From assembly GCA_002104905.1 (NCBI GenBank), contig MCFE01000071.1:62001-126000 (forward strand): DNA of 64,000 nucleotides. Reading direction: 5' to 3'. The first letter of the stretch is position 1; each line of letters opens with the position of its first letter. Made by a program: the position numbers and the translations under genes. Origin of the DNA: Basidiobolus meristosporus CBS 931.73. Lineage: Eukaryota; Fungi; Basidiobolomycota. Below the pieces are notes generated by a model that saw nothing but the letters and a program-made list of their open reading frames with translations, made no database searches and was not told the origin of the DNA. Positions 52,498-64,000 of the stretch are shown here, piece after piece.

Positions 52498-53740
52498 TGT
52501 TGTGTTGTATTATGATTAGTTTGGGGCTTGTTCTACAATGTAGAGGCTAATCAACCATATACAACAACTTCCAGTATGCTAATACTGAAATAGTTTATTG
52601 GGAGTTTGATATACCGGTAGAAGATATAACTTTCACTAATTTCCTCAATCTTGGGCTCAAAATATACTGTAGGCAGTGTTTATCACTTCTACAGCAGTGT
52701 TCTGACCTTCTGTCGACTAATGGGCCTATTTACTTTTATAGTAACTTTTCTTTATTTGGAAGTCACTTTCCTTTCTGAGAAAATATTTCCTAATATGGAA
52801 ATTCTGAACTCCCCTTTAACCTAAAGGGGTGTGTTGTAGAAGTCTCTAAAGGGGTCTTTAGACCTAAAGGGGTGTCTAAAGGGGTGTCTTTAGAGTAAAG
52901 GGGCTTCTTGTAGTGGTCTCTAAAGTGGACTTTACACTAAAGGGGTGCCTAAAGGGGCTTCTTTAGAGTAAAGGGGTTTCTTAAAGGGGTCTCTAAAGGG
53001 GTCTTTAGACTAAAGGGGTGTCTAAAGGGGTGTCTTTAGAGTAAAGGGGCTTCTTAGAGGGGACTTTTCCGACAGAAAAGTGGTAGTTTCTTGTAGAACT
53101 TAGATTGGATTCTTGTGAGCTTTGCAGTCTCTTTACTGATGTAGTACTGATCAAAGTCAGAATACTCAACAGTGCAAGTGATGCAGGGGAAGTCTTATAA
53201 CCTTTAAACTTGTAATTGTAGTGTGGAGATTCTGGAAAGAGAGGCTCCCTCTTTATTTTTCAGCTGGGGAAGTCATATATATGAAAATTTTGAAGGATCA
53301 AAGTTTTTGGGCAATTGCGCAAGCAATACACGTGATACGAAGCTAAAATTTTGCAGTGGCGCAGATCGGACATAGGCGCAGCACCTGTGAAAATTACACG
53401 TGATTTGATTGGCCGGTTCGAAAGTTACACGCGATCAAAGTCACCATAGTAATCCTAGCAATAAGGCATAGTATATATAATAATTGGACTCTTTTGGTCA
53501 TAACTCCTTAAGTACTGCTTCAAATGAGCTGTAATTTGAAACATGTGTTGGCTACCATGTGTTCTGTATGACATAATATTCTTGGGTGGATTGCTTGTCA
53601 GGGTCTGAAGCATTTGCTCTTCAAAGTTGGAAATTCTTGATCTTTCACTTGTGTGTTACGATAGCAAAAAGCAAAATAAAGAAATGAGTGCAATATTGGT
53701 TTAGAGATATTGTAGTAATGGAATACTTTCCATTACCACA
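52498..53740 (-). repeat. Family-B solo LTR (1243 bp) with expanded array
   Basis: Matches 12022-13110; TSD ATTC (52494-52497 / 53741-53744). Confidence 0.96.
52820..53064 (+). repeat. Expanded TAAAGGGG-core array (13 perfect cores + 2 variants)
   Basis: Counted directly from the sequence. Confidence 0.9.
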
Positions 53741-53941
53741 ATTCCCTGCTAAATCCTACTGAAGGTGAACAATGACAACCCTACTGGCTCACAGTCAAGT
53801 AAGCAAATGAAAATTGCCGCAGGACTGCAAGCAGCATATAGTGCTCAAAAATAAGAGAATATAAATAATGAAGAACTTTATATAGAAGAGCAGCATATTG
53901 AATGTCATAACATTACCATCACCAGTACTTGTAAATATGCT

Positions 53942-54385
53942 TATTTTATGTCTTGATATGATAGTTTTAGAGGAAATGGGAATTTGGCTTGTGTTGTACT
54001 CTCTGAAACTTGAACTGATTTTTGTAAAGGTTCCTGCATTTCCTTATATGAGTTTTGCTGGATCAAGTGCAAACCAATTATATTTGCAAGAGTAGATTGT
54101 AGCTGATGACTCATCTGACAGCATTCTCATCGCCTAACTAGGTCTTAGTAAATGCTTCAATTTCAATTTACTAAGGATCTGCTGATTCATTTAGTAACTT
54201 TTTCTACTGACTTGATGGACAACACTGATATATTGGAAGGCTAAGCATAAATACAGGCTTACTTAACTAAAAATTGATACAACTTGTACATTTAAACAGC
54301 AAATTATAACATTCTTCCCTTCTGAAGCTGAGTGGGCTCTCCTGAGTCTCCTTTGGTTAATACTATTGTCTTGATAAATCTGGTA
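53942..54385 (-). mobile_element. Old family-C 3' LTR with PPT and integrase tail
   Basis: Diverged C LTR at ~53942-54311, followed by a PPT-like GAAGGGAAGAA and a remnant of the ...DSGEP.QL tail. Confidence 0.7.
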
Positions 54386-54463
54386 TGACTTGAGAGGTGA
54401 TGGGATCCAGGAAGCCTATCAAGAAATAGTGCTAATTGCAGAGCCATTTTGTATTCATGAAGA

Positions 54464-55126
54464 TGCTGAAATATTGAAGTATACAATAAAATCCAGCAGC
54501 AGTGAGCTTACTTAACAACTCTGGCCTAGTTTTACTTACAGTGAGACTAATACAGTACCAAACTTGCCACCTCCATCCAGATCTATAAATGCTGGGCTTC
54601 TCTATGAATAATAAGCACTTCACTTATTAGCACTTCTCCTGATCCATTCCTTATATCCAAGGCACTACATAAATTGAAACAGACAAAGTGGCGCATGTAC
54701 TACTGCCAAAGCAGCCTTGAAATCCTCAGAGAATATCTTTGGAGCTCAGTCAGGGGAAGTGCTAAAATATCAAGCTATTTGATATCATTCAGCCGCAAAA
54801 AGCTTACTTGGCAGTTTTGGACTAGTCAGTCACAGTAGAACTCATTTATAGTACAAGCTTTACCACATTGTTCCACAAATAGGAACATATGAATATGCCC
54901 TTAAAATCACGGTTAAACTAGCATTTTTAACAAACATTATGTATTAAACCTGAAATTGTTACAGAATGCTCCTAAGTACTTAGAAACCCTCCTAACTCTA
55001 TGTTACATTGGACTACACCTGTAAAGACATCACTACTGAGCCTCATTATGAATAAAATACAGTTTAACTGTTATCAGTATTTTGTTAGTAATTCCTGATA
55101 TCCAAAATACTTCTTAAGTTGCAACA
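54464..55126 (+). mobile_element. 663-bp internally deleted Copia inserted in the LTR of a same-family element
   Basis: Partial 5' LTR from 54464, RH-end remnant (TDKVAHVL..EILREYL), PPT CAGGGGAAG at 54751-54759, full 3' LTR at 54760-55126, TSD GAAGA/AAAGA. Confidence 0.7.
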
Positions 55127-55294
55127 AAAGAAGTACAGTATTAGTATTTCTGCAGAAGTGATATAACACCAATACTTAGTTAGAAGGGTTTTCAATACTC
55201 AGGAGCAATCAGTTACAAATCTAGGGTCAAGGTATAATGTCTGGTAACAGTGCTAATATCATTGTGACCAAAGAAGAATGTTCACAGGAACACC

Positions 55295-55507
55295 TATGGC
55301 TGATGACTCATTTGATTGCATCATAATCACCCAATAAGATCCTACCTAATATATGTATTTCTGTCTGATAAGGATCAGCCGATTTATTTGCTGACTAATG
55401 CTACTAATCTGATAGATAATACTGATATACTAACAACCTAAACATATAACTGATTAATTTGACTAACAACTGATCTAACTTTAACATTCATGCGGCAGAT
55501 CATAACA
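55295..55507 (-). repeat. Family-C LTR fragment at the start of the Copia 3' LTR
   Basis: Matches the first ~210 bp of the C LTR and sits 2 nt after the Copia PPT. Confidence 0.8.
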
Positions 55508-56826
55508 CACTTCCCCTCAACTGAATAACTTTTTAATTCCAATCTCTCTGTGAGCTTCTGATTCTGGGCTCTAGCTGATGGTTTTGTCCATATATGGGAA
55601 GCCATCTTATTGGTTGTGCAGTAGACTAACTCTTTCATGTTATATCTAATAGCATCCCTTACAAATTGAAGTTATGATTATATATATGTGGTTAGCTCTG
55701 GAGTGATATGTAGAATTCCTGGCTTATGAAGTATTACTTTGATTTCCATTGTAAATATAGATTGGCTATCTGAGTTAAGACCTAGTTATTAGAATAGCTT
55801 CTGTAGCTGCGTAGTATTCTGGTTTGATTGCCAATCCTTCATATCCTTTGCCTCAATATCAAAGAAGGCCTCAGTTAGTTAATTCTTCCAAATGCAAGTG
55901 AGAGCTGCACCAGCATATAGAAAAACAAGCCCAATAGTGAATTATCACTCAATATAATCTCTACCCCAATCTGAATCACTATAACCGTCAACTCCTACTT
56001 ATTAGCTGCTGTTGAGTACTCTAGTGTCATATGTATGAGACCATGTAGATACTTGAATATATGCTTAACTCCTGCAATTTATTCACATCCATCAATTTGT
56101 CTGAAGTGGCTGAATATTCCCACTGCCACTGCAGCACCTGGACATAAGGATATCAGTAAGTGCATCAAGCTACTGGACACTTTTTGATAGGGAAAGGCTT
56201 TTTTTAAAATTCAAGTAATCTGACCCAGAGCTGGCTGAGATTTGCTCAATCATATATTGTTCTCCATAAGGGTTATAGAGATTGCTCAATTTTCCTTAAA
56301 CTTTGACTTAAATATGCTGCACAAATGAGCACATCTCCTCAAAGTTTGTCATTCATGTACTACCATGTGCGCAATACTTGCTTAATCCTAAACAGCAGTT
56401 CTCTCACTCTGCACATCATATATAGGCTTTTGTATTGGTAGAAGCTTTGCATTGCACAATTAATGCTGTATCTTGCATATTCTCATTCAGGAATGAAGCC
56501 TTGGCATCCATTTAGTGTAAATCTGGACTGTGCGGAGCTGCTAGGGCTAGAACCGTCCTAACAACACTAAACCTAGTAACCAATGCAAAAGTTTCCTTAT
56601 ATCTTGTCCCTGGATCTAGAAATAGCCTGAGCAACACATCTAGCCATGTACTTATCAATAATACCATTTGAGGTTAACTTGAACAATCTATGAGTATAGA
56701 TGTCTACTTTGACTGATTGAAAGAGTGGACCCCCTTGATAATGTTCTTTATTTTGCTGCAGGTTATAAGAAAGAAAATGCAAGGAAGTGAATAATCTAAG
56801 ACCTCCAACTACTGAACATTCCATCA

Positions 56827-59800
56827 CAGTTTTTCTTGACTATGATTCAGCTATGTTTGGAGATGGAAAGCCTACAGTGCCTAATCAGCAAAGCTGCAAT
56901 CACTATATAAGATGACCATCAACAGCAGCACCAATGGAAGTACATGCTTGGCAAAAAAAAGGATTTTATTTCAATTGCCACCAGCATGAGCACATCTCAA
57001 AGAAATGCTCTCAGGCAAGAAGTAGACACCACTGAACAAAAACCTTCAACCTTATTGAAGACTGCAAGCATACTAATGTGGAGAATCAACTTAAAGAAGA
57101 CTAAGAACTGACCTTGTATGTGACCAAAAAATACTTGTCCCAAATGACCTCATACTTGAGAAAACTGCTATGCTTGAATGGTGTGGTTGATGGAGTTTCT
57201 AACAAGATTGTGATTGACCAACAAAATGAACTGCAGTCTCAACAGCTGATGGGAACTCTCACACCATCAACTCCATTACTCCAACAGTAAGAATAAAGGT
57301 CAATGACTTTGAAAAAGGCTTACAGGTCCACATACTCAGAACTACAAACAAGACCTGGTACATACAAGAGCCTGGCTGGTCAGTAATAACTCATCAATTA
57401 ATTGGGGAACCTGTTGCAATTTAAGATATAATATGGATAAAAGAAACTTATCATGATATAGTGAAAATAGTTGAACTGTTGTTTATTCATAAAGAAGCTC
57501 AGTATTTTTACCTTTGTACAAGTAATATACCTGTAACACTAAGTAAGGAGAGCTTCTCAGCACTCAGGAGCTTTCTGTAACAGTTTTAGGGCTAGTACAT
57601 AATGTTTGGTAATAGTGCTAATTTGGTCTTGACTATGGGGAAATAATCATGGGATCATAGATCTGAAGAAAGTGGCAAAGTTAGGGCTGCAGGTTAGACC
57701 CATATTGCCCAAGACTAGTCCTGAATTGTTATGTAAATTTTTATCTGTTAAATGATACTAAATAGCTCAATATTTCAGCAGAACCCATATCTCAAAGATC
57801 CAAAAGCGCAACCAGACCTATAAGTTACTACCAGCAGGACTGGATTTTAATTTGGTTTGTTCCAGTGATTATGAGACAAGCTAGCTTAGCAAGACACAGA
57901 ACAACCTATATGGCATGCTAGCAAAGTGTAAATTCTTGGAGGAACACTCTGAGTACCTGGTACACTTAGCAACTAGCACAGGAGTGGCTTTCAACCCAAA
58001 GACAGTTGAAGTCATTAAACAACTGAGGCACCCCATAGCATATTAGAAATCAGATCATTCCTTGGAATGGCTTCCTACTAGTGGAGACTTGTCAAGTCCT
58101 TTGCAAGTATTGTAGCCCCTCTTAGACAATATCCTCAAGACAGACAACACCTTGAGGTGGGATATAGCCTGTAAGAATGCCTTTTGGAGGCTCAAAAGCA
58201 AGCTTACCAAGCTGCCAAGCTCAAGAATACCAGACATCAGAAAAGAGCCTCTTCTGTGCACAGATGCCACATATTACATAATTGGTGTAGTACTGAGCCA
58301 AGTATATGAGGGAAAGGAATGCCCAGCTGCCTTTGAATTCAAGAAGCTAAACTCACCAGAGCAAAACTATCCAGTGCTTTAGTAGGAGATGATTGCCATA
58401 ATAAACTGCCTGAAGACCTGAAGATGCTACATTAAATGAGTCACTGTTAAGACTGATCACATCTCACTCAATTATAGAGTTACTTGCAAGGTACCATACA
58501 GAAAAATGACAAGATGGAGTGAAGACATTCAACAATTTGACTTAGACATTGTCTACTGCCCAGAGAGAAACAACACAGTTGTTGAAGCCTTGTCAAGACT
58601 AGAACAAGTTGCGCAACTCAACTTGGTGCATAAGTCAGACTGGTCTAGCTTATTACCAAAGTACCAATTGGATATAGCCATTCCTCATGAGGTTGTTGAA
58701 GAGATCAAGAACATAACTGGTATAAAGCTGGCAAATTAGCAGTACAGGCTGTAACACTCTACCAAAATTCTGATGGAAGCCATGTTGCCTATTGCTCCAA
58801 TGTTACTTGCCTGAAACTAAAGCATCACTACACAATAAATATGAATATCCTAGAATGAAGGAACCCATAGCCATGTGAGATCCAGAGTATGCTGGCTCAG
58901 AAGGAAACATGATATTGAGAAGCTGGTGAAAGTATTTCCAAACTGCTATATATACCAAGCCTAGCCACTAAGAATTGCCAAGCTCTTCTTGTTTTATCCT
59001 GTAAGACCTTTAAGAGATGGAAATGAATTTGATTGAATGATTGCCCACCAGAAGGAAATGTAACCAGTTGATCCTAGCAGCAATTAACCAAGCCACTCAG
59101 TGGCCAGTTGTCAAAGTTATACCAATAGTCAGTAAACAAAATGCAGCAAGCTTCATCTACCAGGAGATCCTGATGTAGCTCAGAAGTCCTTTAAAAGTCC
59201 TAGCTGATAGAGGAGCAAATATTATGGCAAAGATATTGAAGGCTTGCCTGGAGTAGCAGCAGATCAAACACTTGAAAACTCTGGCATATCACCCTATAAC
59301 CAATGTACTTACTGAGTAGTTTAGTGGACATTTTGGAAAAGTGCAGACTAAATATGCAAATGGGGCTATTGGTAGATGAGACAAGTACACACACCAAGGG
59401 CTATTTTCCAGCAGTGTTAGGGTGCACAACACTACTCAACAATAGCTATTATACTTTGTGTATCAATGTGAACTAAGAATCCTAGGAGATCTCACACAAT
59501 TAATACTCTCAGACAGCTTGGAGGATAAGCTTAGTCAGCCTAGTAATCAAAAACAACTGGAAAAAAAGTCAAGTGGCACAGGAAAAAATCTCTGAAAGTG
59601 CCAATAAGATGGGGCAGAGATTAGATAAGACTATATCACCAGAAGCATTGAGGGTTGGGAGCTTTGTATTGCTGCAAGACAACACTTACCAAAAGTTTGA
59701 GCCTCAATGACCAGAATAATTGAAGATCAACATTATAGGTACACTTGCAACTACTATCCAGTAAACATGCAAGGGAACATCAACAAAGGCTTAGTTTATA

Positions 59801-60277
59801 GCAAGGTACCTAAGCTTGTAAGTCTTACTGGCAATGCTGAATCATCAAGATACTACAGTCTCAAGAAAAGATATTCAGGAGAGCCCATTCAGCTTCAGGA
59901 GTAGAAAATGCTATGATCTGCTGCTTGAATGTGTAGGTTAGATCAGTTTTTAGTCAAGTCAATTTGTATTTATGCTTAGCCTATCCATATATCAGTTATA
60001 TCCATCAAATCAGCAGTATCAGTGACCAAATGAATATGTAGATTGTTATCAAATCAAAATGGATACATTAAGTAAGATCTAATTGGGTGATGATGATATG
60101 ATCAACTGAGTCATTGGCCACAACCTGCTCTATGGAATATAATAACTCAGCACTTGATCTGGCAGAAGGTAGATAAAGGGCTGATGGAATCTCAATAAAA
60201 ATCAGTTCAAGCTTTAGTGTTTACAGTACCAGCTAAACTCCCTATTCTTCTACAATTCTATATCAAGACTTGTAACA
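56827..60277 (+). mobile_element. Old, 5'-truncated family-C element C5
   Basis: Collinear decayed gag-end/PR/RH/IN similarity to C3, a ~0.7-kb RT deletion near 57898, and a 3' LTR at 59909-60277. Confidence 0.88.
57412..57780 (-). repeat. Ty1/Copia solo LTR inside C5
   Basis: 5-bp TSD GAACC (57407-57411 / 57781-57785); the C-family sequence rejoins across it. Confidence 0.9.
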
Positions 60278-60560
60278 CTGTTGCTTCAGTAAATGGCTCA
60301 GTCTGGTCTGTGACATTGAGCTACCTGAGTACCCTCTTTGAAGCTAAGAGGCTGCATTCTCTGCTGGGGCAATTGATTGTATTACACATATTATCTGCAC
60401 ATATTATCTCTGAACTATTAGTTGATTTATCATGGCCATAATATTTATCATATCTGCCACAGCACCTCATCACCTTCTTAACAGCTGGTACAAGTTGACA
60501 CCATACTTACCAATACTGATGGTGATGATGTGGTGAAGCAGCACTTGTTGCAACAAATGT
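60278..60560 (-). pseudogene. ORF X copy 3 fragment
   Basis: Aligns with 19560-19850. Confidence 0.65.
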
Positions 60561-60569
60561 CAAAGCAAG

Positions 60570-61735
60570 CTGCTGTTCAACCATTTTTCTGCAGTTGTTT
60601 GTGGTGGGCTTAGCTGGGAACCCAGAGACTTTGCTTTATTTATTGGTGGTATTCATATGGAAGTGAGTAAAACCAAAGGAAAAATAGTTTTACATATATG
60701 TGTGAATGTGGAGCTACAGCATTATTTGTACAACTCATTATAGTGGGTCCTTATGAAATATTTAATTATCTAAGTGCAATATTTTAAGCATCAGACTGTC
60801 TAGGGTTCACATGACTATTGATAAAAAAGTGGGATAATAGCATTACATTGCTGAATTGCAAGCTGCTTACCTCATGGAAAAGACTGCTTTGATTCAATGC
60901 CATTGAAGAAGAGAATTAAGGCTACAGGGCCATTGTTACAAACCTCCCTTCCATGATGCGTTGGAACAGCATAGAAAATATTACAAGGAGCACAGCTAAT
61001 GGTTTGTCATTCAAGTCATAGTTGAGAGCTGACTATTATCTACTGGAACTGCAATATCTGACCAGGTCACTGATGCTTATTTATATGGACTAAGCTGCAT
61101 TTTTCAATTTGTACTATTTGAGTCAGGTGAGTTTGTGATGGCTTTTGGCTTACCTCAGCTGTATAAATATGGGTGCAGAGTTATAGCTGTGACAAAGAAG
61201 GATCACTTATTGATTATGAGCCTATCTTCCCTCTCAATAGTACCCAGCATGAGACTGGTAAAATCCCAGCAGGTAATAAGACAGCACTTGTAGAAGAAAT
61301 GCCAAGAATGTTATATGGAATCAACAGAGCCCAGCAGTACAATTACTGGTGAATGGCACAATATTACTTCTAGAGATGAGGCATGCTTCTACCATTACTT
61401 GTAGTGGGGCTTTGAGGATTTACTCCCAACTCTGGCCCAAATCATTCCAGAATGCAACTTGCCATATACTTGGCATCAATGAACAGCTATAATGTTGTTG
61501 GCAACATATGACAAGGAGACCATCCTGAAACCAGCATATGTTAACAGTTGCAAGGCTCTCACATCAGAAAATGCCACCATTGCAAGATGTCAAGCTTATT
61601 TAACACCATAAGAGGACAACCTTAAACCCTCCATATATATTCCAGTATTACCTCATCTAAGAAAGCACTTGCAGTGCAACAAATATTGTGAAGGTATAAA
61701 ATATTGCAGTGTGTACCAATCAAGTTCAGACAATT
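60570..61735 (+). pseudogene. CACTA-type transposase copy 3 (upstream region + N-terminal part)
   Basis: Aligns with 20340-21270 (e.g. MQCNKYCEGIKYCSVYQSSS vs MQSNKYCESIKYCSQYQSSS). Confidence 0.75.
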
Positions 61736-61739
61736 CCTA

Positions 61740-63753
61740 TATAGACTCTGATAGCATTATATTGGCAGCATTACAGTCTAGAGCTAGCTCTGTACAATGC
61801 TGCCGGACCAATTTACCAAATGATATTTTCTTTTTCTACTTCCCCTTGCCCAATTCATATATTCCACTATAGAATCATCCCGCTTTATTTGCTTACACAC
61901 TACTACCTTGGGTATTCCACATATAGCTCAAATCAAAAATTACTAAGTCCTCCTGCTTACTAACCTCTATGAATGTGCACACCTGCCACAATTTGCATAC
62001 TTCTGTCACCTCAACTTTACAGCTTTTTAGTGTGATGCTTGCACAGTTCCCATATACCTTGTATTGCTGCTAACATATACATCTTGCAAACATATGCTTG
62101 GTTGCCGCCACTTCTGCCATGAATACCTCCTGAATATCCGCAAAGGACTGTTGGTATTAAGCCAAGATATTCCTTCTCCCTGCTGGATTCTGGTCCCCCT
62201 TATATGTGTAATCTGCTCTTGTTTGTGTGAATTTTGTATTGAATGGTGTTGAAACTGGCTTGTGACCAAGAGAAATTCAGCATACCTTGGTAAAGTTTTC
62301 CTAATAAAAATTAGTTGCTTGTTGCACCCAACCCAACTTTACATTACTTAATTGATTACCCATGCATTGGGGCTGCTTAGTTTCTTAATGTCATAGGCAT
62401 AGGTGTCTCCATGTGCACATCTGTCCTCAGTATTTTGTATCTCTTCCTTGCTGTCCTCCATGTGCCAACTCATCACATCCATGACAAACTTGAAGGTGAT
62501 ATTTCTGATGAGATTGGGATATAGTAGTGCCTGTGACTTGACTTGTCTTCCTATCACCCCACACATCTGCTCCATGGGAAACTCCCAAAAGGTGAAGCAA
62601 GGACCAATATTCTCAACACACCAAGCAAGATGGAGTATCAAATGGATACAGCAGTGGCAAAGATCTACACACTCAGCTTTATGTTTGTAATAGCACCACT
62701 CAAACACCATCACAAACTTTTTGCACAACAGTTGTAGATGTGTCAAGTTAGCATTGGTGATATGCTTTTGGATAAATATTCCTACAATGTTCACATTTGA
62801 CTCCCAATGCTTCCAATGTTCTCTTGGTAGAAATGGCTTCAGAAGGCCACTTGAATAAATACATATCCAATTTATCCAGTCCTTGCACTTGTGTTATTAC
62901 ATATGCATATCAATGTTGACTGGAGCCCATAAGAAGTACTTATAGTAGAAAATACTGTGTAATATCTTGCCAATTTTTCAAGTTTCTCCAGTATCTCAAA
63001 GGGCTCATTTAGCTTGAAATGCCCCATGAACATTTTGTTCATCAGCCTAGGGATATTGCTGAAAAGCAAATGCATTGCTCCCAATGGAAAGCTTTTGCTC
63101 CAAAAGATGTCCTCTATCTTAAGTATCACCTGCCTCCAATTAATTCCATATTCTGGCTGATGGCTTATAGATTGCCAACTTTGCTGCAATGGCATGCTGA
63201 CTTCTGTATGTTCTCTCTGTGGAATGATATTGAACTTGATGTTGGTGCTTGGGTAATAATCACATGTGTGGGTTTTGGAGTAAGTCACCTGGTTCTCACA
63301 CATCTGACAGCACTGCCATCCATTGTGCCCAGAAAAGCCAGCTATCCTCCTGATGGCTGGGGTATCTCCAATGCAGATAATAATTGGCACTTTTACATGA
63401 CAGTCATTTATTGTTATAGTGCTAGAAAGCATAAAAAACTCATCTAGCAATGGATACAGGTAGCTATCCAGGCTGGGCAGGGATTTAGGCCCAGATACCA
63501 GTGAGATTACCATCAGATTTCTGCTTGGATACTGTAAGATATGTGGCAGATTCAAGTTGATGAGAATCAGTTGCTAGCAGGATTTGCAGGTAGAGTACTT
63601 GTCTAATGAGGACTCATGAAGGGTCAAGGCAAAGGCAGGGTCATATATACCTTCAAAGTAGCCCTTACGGCTTAGCTATCTGTAAGGTTTGCCATTAAAT
63701 ATATCTGATATGTTTGCACTTGATTGTTACTGGGTGCAGTACTTTGTAACTTC
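61740..63753 (-). pseudogene. CACTA-type transposase copy 4, interrupted by LTR-B
   Basis: GPKSLPSLDSYLYPLLDEF..IGDTPAIRRIAGFSGHNGWQCCQMC; HCCIHLILHL..GPCFTFWEFPMEQMCG. Confidence 0.88.
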
Positions 63754-64000
63754 TGTGGTAATGGAAAGTATTCCATTACTACAATATCTCTAAACCAATA
63801 TTGCACTCATTTCTTTATTTTGCTTTTTGCTATTGTAACACACAAGTGAAAGATCAAGAATTTCCAACTTTGAAGAACAAATGCTCCAGACCCTGCAAGC
63901 AATCCACCCAAGAATATTATGTCATACAGAACACGTAGTAGCCAACACATGTTTCAAATTACAGCTCATTTGAAGCAGTACTTAAGGAGTTATGACCAAA
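63754..64000 (+). repeat. Family-B LTR 5' end (runs off the window)
   Basis: TGTGGTAATGGAAAGTATTCC... is the reverse complement of the 13110 and 53740 ends; the left flank is CTTC. Confidence 0.95.

Larger units (their letters stand above)
54385..56820 (-). mobile_element. Decayed Ty1/Copia 3' half (RT, RNase H, PPT, interrupted 3' LTR)
   Basis: KLTSNGIIDKYMARCVAQ..ETFALVTRFSVVRTVLALAA..MDAKASFLN (RT); YCTTNKMASHIWTKP..KLTERLELK (RH end); PPT GAGGGGAAG at 55510-55518. LTR pieces at 55127-55285 and ~54385-54463. Confidence 0.8.

Noticed and set aside
52820-53064. True telomere or chromosome-healing site
   Set aside because: The array is internal to an LTR with intact termini and TSD, and recurs at the homologous position of another LTR-B copy.
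57411-57781. MITE with CTG..CAG TIRs and a 3-bp TSD
   Set aside because: TG..CA boundaries give perfect 5-bp TSDs in two copies (GAACC, GTTGC), and the same repeat follows a Copia PPT at 54760, so it is a Copia LTR.

Overview
This window is entirely eukaryotic transposon-derived, AT-rich and CpG-depleted DNA. It most likely comes from a repeat-inflated fungal genome (inference from element types). I found no host gene, RNA gene or CRISPR array. It is a deeply nested stack with boundaries resolvable by target-site duplications (TSDs). Ty3/Gypsy family A (~1.07-kb LTR, tRNA-Lys PBS): one full-length copy at 523-7697 inside the integrase of a family-B element, plus two solo LTRs and a related 804-bp solo LTR (family D). 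Ty3/Gypsy family B (~1.1-1.24-kb LTR, tRNA-Ala-type PBS) carries a telomere-like TAAAGGGG array in its LTR. Compact Ty3/Gypsy family C (~369-bp LTR, iMet PBS, 4-bp TSD, no chromodomain) has five internal-containing copies; C3 (32461-37400) has LTRs differing at one position and a 1314-aa gag-pol ORF. Also present: a decayed Ty1/Copia family (5-bp TSD), four decayed CACTA/EnSpm-type (tnp2) transposases linked to a divergent unknown ORF ('X'), and two decayed DDE_Tnp_4 (ISL2EU/Harbinger-type) transposases. I found no clear-cut new biological system. The best leads are structural: terminal LTR hairpins shared by three families, the G-rich VNTR inside LTR-B, family-specific target preferences, a C-family insertion hotspot in ORF X, the bipartite CACTA-like element in tail-to-tail pairs, and strong recurrent CpG decay. 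All alignments were done by eye.
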